Assembly: GCF_009914755.1 (NCBI RefSeq)
Contig: NC_060929.1
Source: the human T2T-CHM13v2.0 reference genome, Homo sapiens
Strand: one strand, 5' to 3'
DNA: 64,000 nt
The notes beneath the pieces are model-generated. The model saw only the letters and a list, made by a program, of their open reading frames with translations, did not search any database and was not told the DNA's origin. Of the stretch, positions 44,763 through 57,250 are shown in pieces; positions within the stretch are counted from its first letter, which is position 1; every line of letters starts with the position of its first letter. The translations under genes were made by a program, and so were the position numbers.

Positions 44763-46209
44763 GCCTTGGTTCTTATCTTTCTTTCAGGAAAGCAGAGGCT
44801 CATTGTGGAACCCTCAAGGAGCATGGGGTCGTCTTCATCCCTCAGTTTATAAATGGCCAAGGAGAGTAATGCAACAAAAACTTCTCAGAGTTAAAAGCCA
44901 GAGTTCCTAAAGAACCGTGGACAAAGGGTTCTGTCTAGTGGGCAGAATTCATCCAGCGAAGGTGCTTACTGCACTCCCAGCATGTGCTTGGGAACTTTAT
45001 TAAAATTCCTTCCTATTGAGATTTAAATTGCTGTCCAGAATTATACAATATAATGAATGGGGGCATTCATTATGTGTATTCTATGCCTTCTCCATCATTG
45101 CATATTCAGTCCTCGTGCTAGAGAGAGGCAGATAATCTACCTTTTAAATTGATAGGTCTCCTAACTACAGAGGGTCACATCTGGATCTGATGGCACCTAC
45201 AGAACTTGGACTCTGAGCGACAATCAGTGACCAGGTGTGACTTTATATTATCTCTGTCAGGGAAGGGTGAGAGTTTTCAATGTGTGAACATAGAATAAAA
45301 TGGTCTGGTGACCAAAAGGCTCTATTAAAGATAATATGAGATGTTCAAAACACTGGCTATTTTCTTGGGAACAAAAGTTGAACTTCTAAATCTTTCTCAC
45401 AGATTGTAGACCAAAGGAATGAATTCTGATTGGCAGAATATAAGCCTACGTAATATAAAAAAGACTTCCAGGTTTGGCCCTCTGAGTCTTGACTCATTAC
45501 ACACCATCTCACAGCCTTATTTTGCCTTTCAACAGGAAATTTGGAACCCAGGTTTTCCCAACCTACATCTACAAAATGGAATGGGTCTGATTCGCAAGTT
45601 TTCAGAGAAAGAAGCCAACCTTAATCAGACTGTGATATGATGAGGAAATAAAACTTGCTGTGCTAATCAACTGATACTGGGAAGCATGTTTATTATAATA
45701 ACATAGTCTATGCTTAACTTTTCTAAGAAACTAATGATCTGGAATATCGATAAAAAGAAAAAAGAAAGAAAGCAAAAGGACAGAAAGTTTTAGTGAGAAT
45801 ATGTCACTAAAAGAAAAATGCAAAAATCTCCAGGTAATTGTTCTTGTCTGTCACTATAATCAAAGTGGTATTTCACCCCCATCTGTTGTCCCTGCTTTGA
45901 TGAGTGAGAATAGAAGAGCAGTTCATGGTTACATGTTGGCAACAGGAGCATATAAATATCAAATTGCCTTAAGCACTGGCAAAGGCTTAAGAGTCCATCC
46001 TAAATTGAGGGATTATCCAGTAACCTGTTTAGAATGGAAATAAATCCTTGCACAGTACTTTCAACTCAATAACTGAAAAAATGCAGAGAGCAAATTCAAC
46101 AATTTGTATTACCAACAGCCAGCTGAGTCCAACTTCCTAAATCCATAGGAAAACAGAAAAGCAGAAAAGCAGAAAAACAGGCATCAGTAACTGTCCTAAA
46201 AAGTGAAGG

Positions 46210-46333
46210 ACTCAGGAGGCTGAGGCAGCAGAATCACTTGAACCCAGGAGGCAGAGGTTGCAGTGAGCCGAGATGGTGCCACTGCACTCCAGCCTGGGTG
46301 ACAGAGCGAGACTGTCTCAAAAAAAAAAAAAAA
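46210..46333 (+). mobile_element. 5'-truncated Alu (part of right arm only)
   Basis: actcaggaggctgaggcag...ctgtctc plus A tail; TSD gtgaaggact on both sides. Confidence 0.9.
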
Positions 46334-46559
46334 TGTGAAGGACTGAGGGAAAGAAACAGAATAGACCATAATGAGTCAGATGCGAGATAAGAGAAGCAGG
46401 GCCCGGAACATATGCCCTCAGATAGAATAAGAACAATATCAAAGATGAAAATCCAAGAAAACACCTTGAGGAAAATAAGATGATAGTAATACTAAATATA
46501 TATGTTAAAGGACTAATTTTAATGAGATACATTCACATAGGTAGGAAGAAAAATAAATT

Positions 46560-47105
46560 CAATGTGCAGATATTCCTTATGTATATACCAATGAAAGTAA
46601 AGAGACAGATAAAATAAGTCAGGCAAATGCTAACGTAAGAAAATAGTCACATTATTTATTTTGTAATTTGATATCTGAATATTAAAAACTTACACTTTCT
46701 AATGTTCTATAATAAATTCTAAAGTGCAGATATAACTCCCATGAATGTTGACACACTAAGTAACAGTAAAATACATTAAGCAAATTAGAACTGTAAGAAA
46801 AAGGAAAGCAACACAGAATAAAAACAAGACTCAGTAGGTGATCTTTATCTAGAATCAGAACAATTAAAATAAAATAATGACTGGAGAAAAACTGAGGTAA
46901 GTACTATGTTTAATGCCTGTAAGCAAATATACGTATTTTGAATTGTGACATGATTAAAAGAGAATGTATGATTTTCAAGTGTTCATACAACACATTGAAA
47001 AATTAAGCATAAACTCCCCGAAATTCTTATACCTAAATGTCATAAAATAAGTACCAATCATACCAACTACTTTTCTGAACATAATGCAATGAAATCTATA
47101 AAACA
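46560..47105 (+). mobile_element. Old L1M ORF2 (endonuclease region) remnant
   Basis: caggcaaatgctaac...ttttcaagtgttcat...ttttctgaacataatgcaatgaaa. Confidence 0.5.
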
Positions 47106-48688
47106 ACTGATATTTTGTGGCTGTTTTTTACTGCATCAAAAGAAGACTAATAAAGCAATGTATTTACCCTGTGAATGTATATGTTCAAATAATTTATATA
47201 GACTGTACACATAATATTCTTTTAATTTTCTTTATATTTCTTCTTATATATCCATTTTCTAAAATAGTGAGTTATGCTTTTATTCACTAGATTTTTTCTG
47301 TTTAAATTTGTTTAGGTATTATATTTGATATTTTATTAATTTCCGTATTGATGTTTATCATTTACTTCTTACAGTTTTCAAATATTTTATGATTAAAATT
47401 ATAGATCATTGTTTTAAGGCCATCTTATGTAAATAGCAAAGGTTTGATTTGTAATGATTTTATAAATATACATATTTTAATGTAATCAAATTGTTAATAT
47501 GCTGGTCTACACATTTGCCTTTAGTTTCCATTTTTACCCAAGATATGCTAGACAAATATTTTCATGTTATTCTAAAGATTAGAATTTTTATTTTGCTATC
47601 AATAGCTCTTTAATCTCTTTCATATGTTCTATCTGCCTATATCTCTGTGTGATCTTTGTTAAACCCATATTCTGAGGTTTAGATTTCCCAGCCACCCAAT
47701 ACTGGTGGAAATTCTGATAGTTTTTGAAACCATGTCTCAAGACTTGTCCCATGGAACATAAAGGGAATCTCTATTCTGTCATTGGCTGGGAACTGCTCTA
47801 GGGTGTTTACATCCCTGGCAATTTTTATTTTTCTCATGTTGAGCCTGAAAGAAAGTCACTGATCATGAAATGTGAGCATGGACAGGGACAATTAGTCCAA
47901 AGGGAAAAATTAGAGACACTGACTGTTCCATTATACATAACTATATACCTAGTCACTCAATATAATGAAGAGTTTCATAATTAGTCAAAATAAAATTGAA
48001 CCATATTAATTCTACATGGAACAATTCAGAATGAATTTAGTCTGGGTATAGATGGTAAAGAGAAAAAGTGAATTTAATTAGAACACAATTTCAATCAAAT
48101 TAAGTCTTTGCATGAGTTATCAAGGACACAATAAATAATTGAACAATTCCAAAGTGTTACTTTCATAGTAATTTCAAATAATGCTCTAATTATCTCGAAT
48201 ATGTGTGTGCCAGATAAAAAAACCTTCAGTTTTCTAGAGGAAGAGTTGAAAATTGTGAGAAGAAATATTCAGAAAAAAATAAATGTTGATTTATTTGCCT
48301 TAACAATTTAAGCTTACATAAATAAGTATGGACATAAAAATAGAGTACCACACTGGCCATACACAGCATGCTTGAGATCAATCCATAAGGATAAATATAT
48401 ACATGTACTGTATTCCTTTCATTGCTACATGTTACTTTTTGCATCACCTCATTTTATGTATTTAAATTCATTAGCCCCTATGAAGTTAATGTATAAAATA
48501 ACTATTTTTTTATTTCTCTAAAAATACTTTATTGAATAATTTATAATTTCCCCTTATATTTATAGTGAAACCACTGTTATTTGAAGTTTGTATATGACTA
48601 TAATTCTCCTCTGATTATATCTGTTTTTCACTTTTTAATTTTTAATTATTCTTGTATCCCTCAATGAACCTCATTTAGTCATTATGCA

Positions 48689-48902
48689 TTCTTCTTTTTT
48701 TTTTTTTCTTTTTTTTTCTGAGATGGAGTTTCGCTCTTTTTGTCCATGCTGGAGTGCAATGGCGCTATCTCAGCACCCTGAAACCTCTGCCTCCTGGGTC
48801 CAAGTGATTCTCCTGCCTCAGCCTCCCAGGTACCTGGGATTACAGGCATGCGTCACCACGCCCAGCTAATTTTTGTATTTTTAGTAGAGGCAGGGTTTCC
48901 CC
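48689..48902 (-). mobile_element. Partial AluSp/Sq (most of left arm missing)
   Basis: Poly-T, gagtttcgctctttt, right arm and linker, stops at agggtttcccc. Confidence 0.88.
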
Positions 48903-49779
48903 CAGTGGCTTTTACTGATTCTGACACAGGCCAACTCTAAGCTTGAGACAGCAGTGGAAGGGTTTCTGTGGGTGAAACAGGCGTGTCTCAGGCTTGTCAG
49001 CCAGGTATGACAAAATATGTCTTAGGTTTGATTCTCATATGCATGATGACTACAAATATTTTTGCAAATGTCAGTATTTTAACTTCATATATAAACATAA
49101 AATCTTCAAAACACTAACACAAATTAGAGTGCTTCTATCAATGCTCATAGCTAAACATACCAGAGTAAAGATTTTGCATCAGCCTCCTTTTTTGAGTAAG
49201 AAGAAAAACAATCAAACAAGCAAATACATCTCAATCATCAATAAAATGAGAAGTCAACCATGACCACTAGCCACAAACTATGAAGAAAGACTCACTAGTG
49301 CAGTGAAAATTAAGTGTTGAAGTAAAGCATGGTCTCATACTTGTACAGACCTACAGCAGTGCAAGTGTTCTCCAAAGGTAGGCTATGCATTATGAGGAGT
49401 CAAATTTAAAAAGTCTCTTCCTTCCTATGCCAGGTAGATGTCTATTAAAGACTTTTGCTAACATAAGCAGCACTGAATGAGAGCAACAGGCAAACAAACA
49501 TTCTTTATAGCTACAGCTATGATAAAGAGAGGACACAGAGATTATGGTCAACAGTGCTGCACCAACTAAACTTAGTCAACTGAACTAAATTTACTGTTAA
49601 TTCACAAAAGTAATGCTGAAATATGTATTTGCTGGAAGAAAAAAGACTTCTTATCCAGAGCAAAACCAGATTATATAGGCTGAGGTAGGGTGTTGGTGGA
49701 GAAGCTTTGGTCCATAATTAATTCTCAGTGTGATCACTAGAAAATTATCTGCAGAGAACCTAGGTGAATTCATAGCTTG

Positions 49780-50270
49780 AAAATGATATGAAGAAAAATT
49801 TGGATAACAAAGATGAAAGTGTTCAAAAGAGGTTAATTATACCACAAACTATATAAATATTAACATACATTTCTGCAAGCTATCAAAGAAATAAAGGAAC
49901 ATTTTGGCTTTTTAAACATAGAATAAAAAATGATGTGAAAATGGCATTAAAAATGTGAAATGGCAACATCAAGGAAGAAATAGAAGATATCCATAAAACT
50001 ATTACAGAAAGAAAAAGTCTAAGTAAAACAGCAGATTGTCATGAATAAGGAGGTAAATAAGGAGAAAAAAAATGAGTGCAATGAAATTATAAAAAGATGA
50101 ACACGTTTAAAACAAGATCCCCTAGTGTTATCATACATATGTATAATATGAGACTTGGATGAAGCGAATAGAAGAAATGTCTACTAATGGGGAAAGGAGG
50201 GCTAATAGTGCAGACTTCTTAAATACATTTGTAGACCAGAGGAGTAAACTGAATACACCACTACTGAGTG
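49780..50270 (+). mobile_element. Possible HAL1/L1 ORF1-like remnant
   Basis: A-rich degenerate ORF1-like phrasing; weak. Confidence 0.3.
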
Positions 50271-51239
50271 ACTGAGCTTCTAATGTGAGATTTTATTATT
50301 TTTAACATTTTTGCAAGTAACCAAAAATGTTTTGCTTGGTTCACATGAAAGTTTGATATATGTGTGGTTAGTAAGCTCCATATTCCAACATTTGTGTTCA
50401 AGCACAAGATCAAATAAATTAATATAAATAAATACAGTGTGAATTCATTAACCTGTGTAGATGCCTGACTGATTATTGTGCAAAATAATTCAAATGGATG
50501 TTCATTTTTGAAAGAATGAATATGCTAGAATTTGTTATGGAATTACTGATGTTTTTACTACTGATTATATTTTATTTCTAGGCTGGAATCCAATCAATAG
50601 CATGCCTTTCACTGCCTGATTCAGAACATCACAAGAATAAAACAGGACTTAAGCAAAAGGAAGATTAAATTAACATTCTAATGTTGATAAAGGAGATAGT
50701 GTGTAATACGGCAATAATGAGATTCCCATGACAGCACGTCAATATTGAATATAAATCCAACCACAGCCATTGGCATCACTTACCAACCCCACAGCAGGCC
50801 ACCTTCCCTGAGGCAGAGACTGTAATAGCTTTTGAGGCACAGAAAGTGTGACTCCAGCAATCGAGCAGGTTTAGCAAAAGAGAATAGGATTCCTACATTC
50901 TCAGTTCATCTCTACAAACTCACGTATTAAAACAATCATTCAGTTCTGGGACAAGGTCCACCTGTATTCATTTAGTGAAGTCCCTCCACATATTTGCTGT
51001 TACAATATTAATTTTAAAGAATGAAGTTATATTTACATGTGTTTTTCAAACATTTAGCTAATGGTGATAGATGTGTTTTCACTGAGATCATCAATATATA
51101 TCTTAAATACATTGCCCCAAATAAAGCATTATTTTACAGAAAATATAGAGATGTTTTCATGTAAATAAATGCAAGTCACAACTTATATAATTATATATTT
51201 TGTTTAATAATTAAACCATTGGGAATTTATGGATCACAT

Positions 51240-51685
51240 AATTCAAATTCCTCTGCATGGTCAGGAGAAGCTGTGTCCTGTCCTTCCTTACCTTGGTTTT
51301 TTCTATTCTGCCGCATGCCAAATGCACTACTCCTGACTCAAGGCTTTATAAGTCTTTTCCTGGAATAGCCCAGCCATAGTCACATGCCTCATCTTTCCCT
51401 TCATTGTAGGCCTGAATTACTGCCTTTACTGCACCTATTTAAAATATTCTCTTGTTATTCTCTATCTACTTACCTGAGTTTATTTTTCTTGATGACATTT
51501 TTAAGATCAGACATTATACACTATTTTATTATTTGTTTTTTATTAATCATTAGATTAATAATCCACAAAGGCAGGAAACTTGTTTTGTTTGCCTTTCTAT
51601 CCCCAGAATTTATATAGCAGCTACTATTGTAAAGTAGATGCATAATAGCATAAATGAATGAATAAGTAGTTGAATGCATGAACAA
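51240..51685 (+). mobile_element. L2a 3' end
   Basis: cctgactcaaggcttt...cctggaat...ccacaaaggcaggaaacttgttttgtt...tatccccag...aatgaatgaat tail. Confidence 0.75.
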
Positions 51686-51827
51686 AGGAATGAGAAAAAA
51701 AATTCTAGTTAACATTTTATTAATGCTATCTTCTGAATGTGGGTGTGTGTGTATGCATATTTCTTGTTTTCCGGGCATTATTTCGTCATGCAGTCAGGAC
51801 ATATGTAAAATACTCCACTTTGTTTAG

Positions 51828-52060
51828 GGTGATATAGTGCTTCAGAGTGTTAATTAAATTTAGATAGACCCATGTTCAAACTTCAGCCATACAACTTATT
51901 ATCAATCACATGATATTGGCTGAGAAATAGTCTCCAAATTTGCTTATGTCTTTAATGATGAGAAAAGGCTCAATAGACATTCTCTTTTATCAGTGTTATT
52001 GTGAATAAAGAGACTTGACCATAGAAATGTACCTACTTTAGAGAAATGGAATCTATCACT
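51828..52060 (+). mobile_element. MIR SINE
   Basis: atagacccatgttcaaacttcagcc...gtgttattgtgaataaa. Confidence 0.5.
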
Positions 52061-53019
52061 AATTTTTTCTTGAAGACAGCTGATGAAGCTTACTCTGTAA
52101 TTAAATAGAAGGCAGTGTATTTTAACATTTAACTTTTCCTCACTCTAATTTTTTGGATAGAACCATATGTTGATATTCATTCTTAAACTCATTGTAATTT
52201 AAATTCTAATATCCCTGGCTTAAATATAAGAAATGATTCAAGACATTATAATTTTGTTATAGAGACAATAAAAATATCTGCAATAGTAATTCGTTGTATG
52301 TATATGTAATAATTTTTATTTACCATCATAATATCCAGTGTTTTGCCTCATGACATAGTGCAGGCTTGGCTTTTTTTATTAATAGATTTTTTTTAGACTG
52401 GTTGTAGTTCACAACAAAATTTACCCAAAGCTGTGTAAAATACCCATAAATTACCCTGCCTAGACAAATACATAGCCTTTTCTATCTCCCACTAGAGTGG
52501 TACATTTTGTTACAATTTTTGAACTTGCATTTACTCATCATTATCAGACAAATTTCACGTTTCCAAACTGCATTTAAACAAATGTAGCTCTCATTTTAGT
52601 TTCATGCGGAGTAGATTCACTGCGCTAAAAATCCTCTGTGCTCTGCCTATTTATCCCTCCCTCTCTCTAACATTTGGCAACCATTCATCTTTTTACTGCC
52701 CCATCATATGGCCTTTTTGAGAATGTCATATGGTTGGAATCATACAGTGGATTTTCTGTTCACTTAGTAACAAGCATTTAAGTTTCTGCCATGTCTTTAT
52801 AGCTCATTTCTTTTTAGCTCTATATAATATTCCATTGTTTGGATGTTCCTCAGTTTATGTATCCGTTCACCTACTGAAGAACATCTTGGTTGCTTCCAAG
52901 TTTTGGTCATTATGAATAAAACTGCTATAAACATCCTTCTGCAGCTTTTTATGTGGACATAAGTTTTTAGCTCCTTTGGGTAAATACCAAGTAGCACGAT
53001 TGCAGAACCATATGGTAAG

Positions 53020-53437
53020 TGCTATAGTTTGAATATACTGTTTGTACCCACCAAATCTCATGCTAAAATTTGATTCCAATGTTAGAGGTCGGCTAAATGG
53101 GCGGCATTTGAGTGACAGTGGCAGATTCCTCATGAATAGATTAATGCCCTCCTTCAGGCGTGAGTTCTTACTCTTAGTTCCCAGGACAGCTGATTGTTAA
53201 ACAAGAAACTGGCACCTTATCCTCTTTCTCTCTCTTGCTTCCTTTCTCACCGTGTAATCTCTGCACATTCCAGTTCCTCTTTGCCTTCTACCATGAGTGG
53301 AAACAGCTGGAGGCTCTTACAAGATACCTAATCTTGAACTTTTTCAGACATCAGAAACATAATGCAAATAAACTTGATCTTGGTAAATTACCTAGCCTTC
53401 GGTATTTCTTTATAGCAACACAAAACAGACTAAGACA
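53020..53437 (+). mobile_element. MSTB-like solo LTR in L1MC
   Basis: tgctatagtttgaat...catgaatagattaatgccctcc...tatagcaacacaaaacagactaagaca. Confidence 0.88.
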
Positions 53438-53532
53438 AAGGATGTTTAGTTTTGTAAGAAATTGCCAAACAAAATGTCTTCCTAAATTGCTGTACCATTT
53501 TTCATTCCCACCAGTAATGAACATAGTTTCCT

Positions 53533-53590
53533 GTATTTCCACATACTTGACAGCATTTGGTATTTCCACATCCTTAACAGCTTTTGGTAT
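53533..53590. repeat. 27-bp tandem duplication in L1
   Basis: gtatttccacatacttgacagcatttg / gtatttccacatccttaacagcttttg. Confidence 0.85.
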
Positions 53591-54222
53591 CGTCAGTGTT
53601 CTGAAATTGGACAGTTCTAATATGTGTGTAGTAGTCTCACATTGTTTTAATTTGCATTTCCCTGATGACATAAGATATAAAACATCTTTTCATATGTTAT
53701 TTTCCATCTGCATATCTTCTTTGGTGAAGTGTCTGTTAAGGTCTTTGGCCCACTTTTGCATCAAATTGTTTGCTTTTTTTATGGTTGAGTTTTGAAGTGT
53801 TACTCATCTTACTTGGATAACAGTGCTTTATCAGATGTGTCTTTTGCAAATATTTTCTCCCAGTCGGTGACTTTTCTTTTCATTATATTGAAAGTATCTT
53901 TTGCAATGCAGGATTTTAATTTTATTCAAGTCTAGCTTACCAGTTCTTGTTTTTTTATGAATAATATCCTTGGTATTATATCTAAAATGTCATCAGCAAA
54001 CCGAAGGTCATTTAGATTTTATTCTATGTGATTTTCTAGACATTTCTATAGCTTTATATTCTACATGTATCTGTGATTCATAAGTTTACTTTTCTAAACA
54101 GCAAAAGGACTGCATCTAGATTTATTTATTTATTAATTTTTTGCATGTGAATCTACTGTTGTTTCAGCACCACTTGTTGAAAAGACTATCTTTTCTCCAT
54201 TGAAATGCATTGGTTTGATTGT

Positions 54223-55003
54223 TGATACAGTTGAGATTTTTATTCCTTTCAAATCTCACATTGAAATTTGATCACCAATTTCAGAGGTGGTGACTGAAGG
54301 GAAGTGTTTGGGCAATGGAAGCAGATCCCTCATACACGGCTTGGTTCCATCATTGTGATAATGAATTTCTTGTTGTACTATTAGTTCCCACAAGAGCAGA
54401 TTTTTAAAAAGAGCCTAGCATCTCCCTCCCCTCTCTCTTCATTACCCCCTTGCCATATGATGCCTGCTCTCCTTTGGCTTCCACCACAAGCAGAAGCTTC
54501 CTGAAGCTCTCATCAGAAGCAGATGCTGGTTCCATGCTTCTTGTACAGCCTGCAGAACTGTGAATTCCATTGACATGGTTTGGCCCTGTATCCCCACCCA
54601 AATCTTATCTTGAATTATACTCCCATAATTCCCACGTGTTGTGGAGGGACCCAGTGGAAGATAACTAAATCACGGGGGCAGTTTCTCTCACACTGTTCTC
54701 CTGGTAGTGGATAAGTCTCACAAGATCTGATGGTTTGATAAGGGGAAACCCGTTTCACTTGGCTCTCATCCCCTCTCTTGCCCGCTGCCATGTAAGATGT
54801 GCCTTTCACCTTCCACTGTGATTGTGAGGCCTCCTGAGCCACGTGGAACTGAAAGTCCAATTAAACCTCTTTCTTTAGTAAATTGCCAATTCTTGGGTAT
54901 GTTTTTATCAGCAGCATGAAAATAGACTAATACACAAATAAATCTCTTTTTTAAGATAAGTTAGTCTCAGGAATTCCTTTAGAGCAATGCAGAGATTGCA
55001 ACA
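54223..55003 (+). mobile_element. MSTA/B solo LTR split by THE1
   Basis: tgatacagtt...cagaagcagatgctggttccatgcttcttgtacagcctgcagaac; resumes aataaatctct; TSD attgt/cttgt. Confidence 0.85.
54571..54934 (+). mobile_element. THE1A/B solo LTR
   Basis: tgacatggtttggc...atcagcagcatgaaaatagactaataca. Confidence 0.9.
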
Positions 55004-55419
55004 CTTGTCAAAGATTAGTTGACTGTATTCGTGTAGGTGTAATTCTAGGATTTCTAGTCTGTTCTATTGATCCATTTGTCTGTTTTTGCCAGTACCGCAT
55101 TGTCTTGCTACTGTATCTCTATAGTAAGTCTTGAAGTCAGGTAGCATCAGTCTTCAACTTTGTTCTTCTCTTTTATTATTATGTTGCATATCTTGGGTCT
55201 TATGTCTCTCCATAGAAACTTCAGAATCAATTTGCCAATATCCACAAAAAAAACTTTCTGGTGTTGCAATGGGTATTGCATTCTATTATAGCTATAGATT
55301 AAGATGGAAAGACCTGACATCTGGATACCTTGACACTAGTGATTCTTTACATTCATAAATATAGAATGTAATTGACAGAGAGTATTGAAATCTCCAAGTA
55401 AACTAGTAGATTCATCTAT

Positions 55420-55454
55420 TTCCCACGTGTTGTGGAGGGACCCAGTGGAAGATA
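55420..55454 (+). repeat. 35-bp exact copy of THE1 LTR segment 54629-54663
   Basis: ttcccacgtgttgtggagggacccagtggaagata identical at both sites. Confidence 0.95.
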
Positions 55455-57170
55455 GTTCTATAGGATTTTGCCTCATATTTTGATGCTTTATTGCTAGGCT
55501 TATACGTGTTAAACTGTTATTTTTTGGATAATTGAATATTTTGTCATATGTAACACCATTTTTATCCCTGAAAACTTTTCTTCTTCTATCTGAAATTAAT
55601 ATAACTACGCTCAATTTATTTTTATTGGTTTTAGCATCATACATCTTTACTTCCCCATATACTTTTTATTCTATATGTATCTTTATATATAAAGTAAGCT
55701 TCTTCTAAACAACATAGAACTGTATATTGTTTTTGATCCATTCTGGCAATGTCTAATAATTAATTGATGTATTTCGACTACTGAAAATTAAAGTGATTAT
55801 TTATACATTTTGATTAGTATCTACTGTATTTGTTACTATTTTATGTTTGTTGCCCATGTTCTTAACTCCCACATTTACCTTCTACCTCTTTTTTTCTACA
55901 TTTTGGATTTGATTTGAGCATTTTATATAATTTTAATTTCTCCCTTTTTTTAGCATGTCAGTTGTATTTTTTCACGATTTTTAGTGATTGCACTATAGTT
56001 TGCAATAAACATTTACATTAATTCAAGTCCACTTTGAGTATCACTCTCCTGCTTCACAGGAAATGTGAATACTTAATAATTACAAAATCATCCTTATTCC
56101 TCCCACCTCCTGTCATTTGCATCATTTGTGTCATTTATTTCACTTATACATAAGCATACACATGTATATTTATGTACACATATATACATACATATATACC
56201 TAGTTGAATGCATCATTGCTTTTATTATTTGTACAATTTGTTATCTGCTGCATCAATTAAAAATAGAACAAAAAATTAATCACTTATTCTTTCTTTGTTG
56301 ATCTTCCTTTCTTTATGTAGATCCAAGTTTCTGACCTGTGTCATTTTCCTTGTCTCTAAAGAACTTTAACATTTGTTGCAAGACCTGCCTACTAGCAACA
56401 AACTCCATCAGTTTATATCTGAGAAGGTCTTCAGTTTTCCTTCAGTTTTGAAAGATAGTTTTGCAGGGTACAGAATTCTAGTCTGATGATTATTTTCTTT
56501 CAATACTTTAAGTATTTCACTCCACTCCCTTTTTACTTACATGGTTTCTGAAAAAAAGTAAGTCAGATGTAATTTTGGTCTTTGCTCCTCTACAGGTAAA
56601 CGGTTTTTTTTCTTTTAGGACTTTTTCTTTCTTATTGATTTTGTGTAGTTTGAAAATGATATGACTAGGTGTAGTTTGTTTGTTTTTGAATTTTATCCTG
56701 CTTGGTGCTTTCTAAACTTTCTAAACCTGTGGTATAGTGTATGATATTAACTTAAGAAAACCCTCCTTTATTACTGTCTCAAATATTTTTCTGTTACCTT
56801 TTCTCTTTCTTCTTCTTCCGGTATTTCCATTACATGATGTCACACCATTTTTAGTTATCCTGTAGTTCTTAGATATTCCATTCTTTTTTATTTTAGTATA
56901 TTTTTCACTTTGCTTTTCAATTTAGGAAGTTTCTATTGAGATATTCTAAAGTTCAGAAGGTTTTTCTTGACTATATCCAGTCTGCCATTATGCCCATCAA
57001 AGTCACTCTTCTTTTCTGTGACTGTTTTTGATCACTGCCATTTCTCTTTGGTTCTATCTTAGATTCCCCATCTCTATGCTTACATTGCCCATGTATTTTT
57101 TCATATTGTCTACTTTATCCATTACAACCCTAAGCATATTAATCATAATTGTTTTAAATTCCTGGTCTGA

Positions 57171-57250
57171 GTACAACAAACCCCCAAGACACAAACTTAC
57201 CTTTATAACAAACCTTTACATGTACTCCTGAACTTAAAAGTTTAAAAACA
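57171..57250 (+). mobile_element. Extremely 5'-truncated L1PA/PB 3' end inside L1MC
   Basis: caaacccccaagacacaaacttacctttataacaaacctttacatgtactcctgaacttaaaag; degenerate TSD aaattcctggtctg/aaatcctgatatg. Confidence 0.75.

Larger units (their letters stand above)
43310..45730 (+). mobile_element. Ancient MLT1 (MLT1I/J-like) element: LTR ~43310-43705, internal, LTR ~45325-45730
   Basis: Shared LTR phrases aagttctggacaatggaatata...cacttccagttgggcc / aattctgattggcagaatata...gacttccaggtttggcc; int start aggagtgaggtgct, int end gggaagggtgag...ggtgaccaaaagg. Confidence 0.65.

Noticed and set aside
50568-50880. Acceptor-like ttttatttctag followed by AATAAA
   Set aside because: Such motifs are frequent in AT-rich DNA; no ORF or partner exon supports it
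53235-53795. 186-aa ORF
   Set aside because: Chimera of MSTB LTR and antisense L1MC; not gene-like
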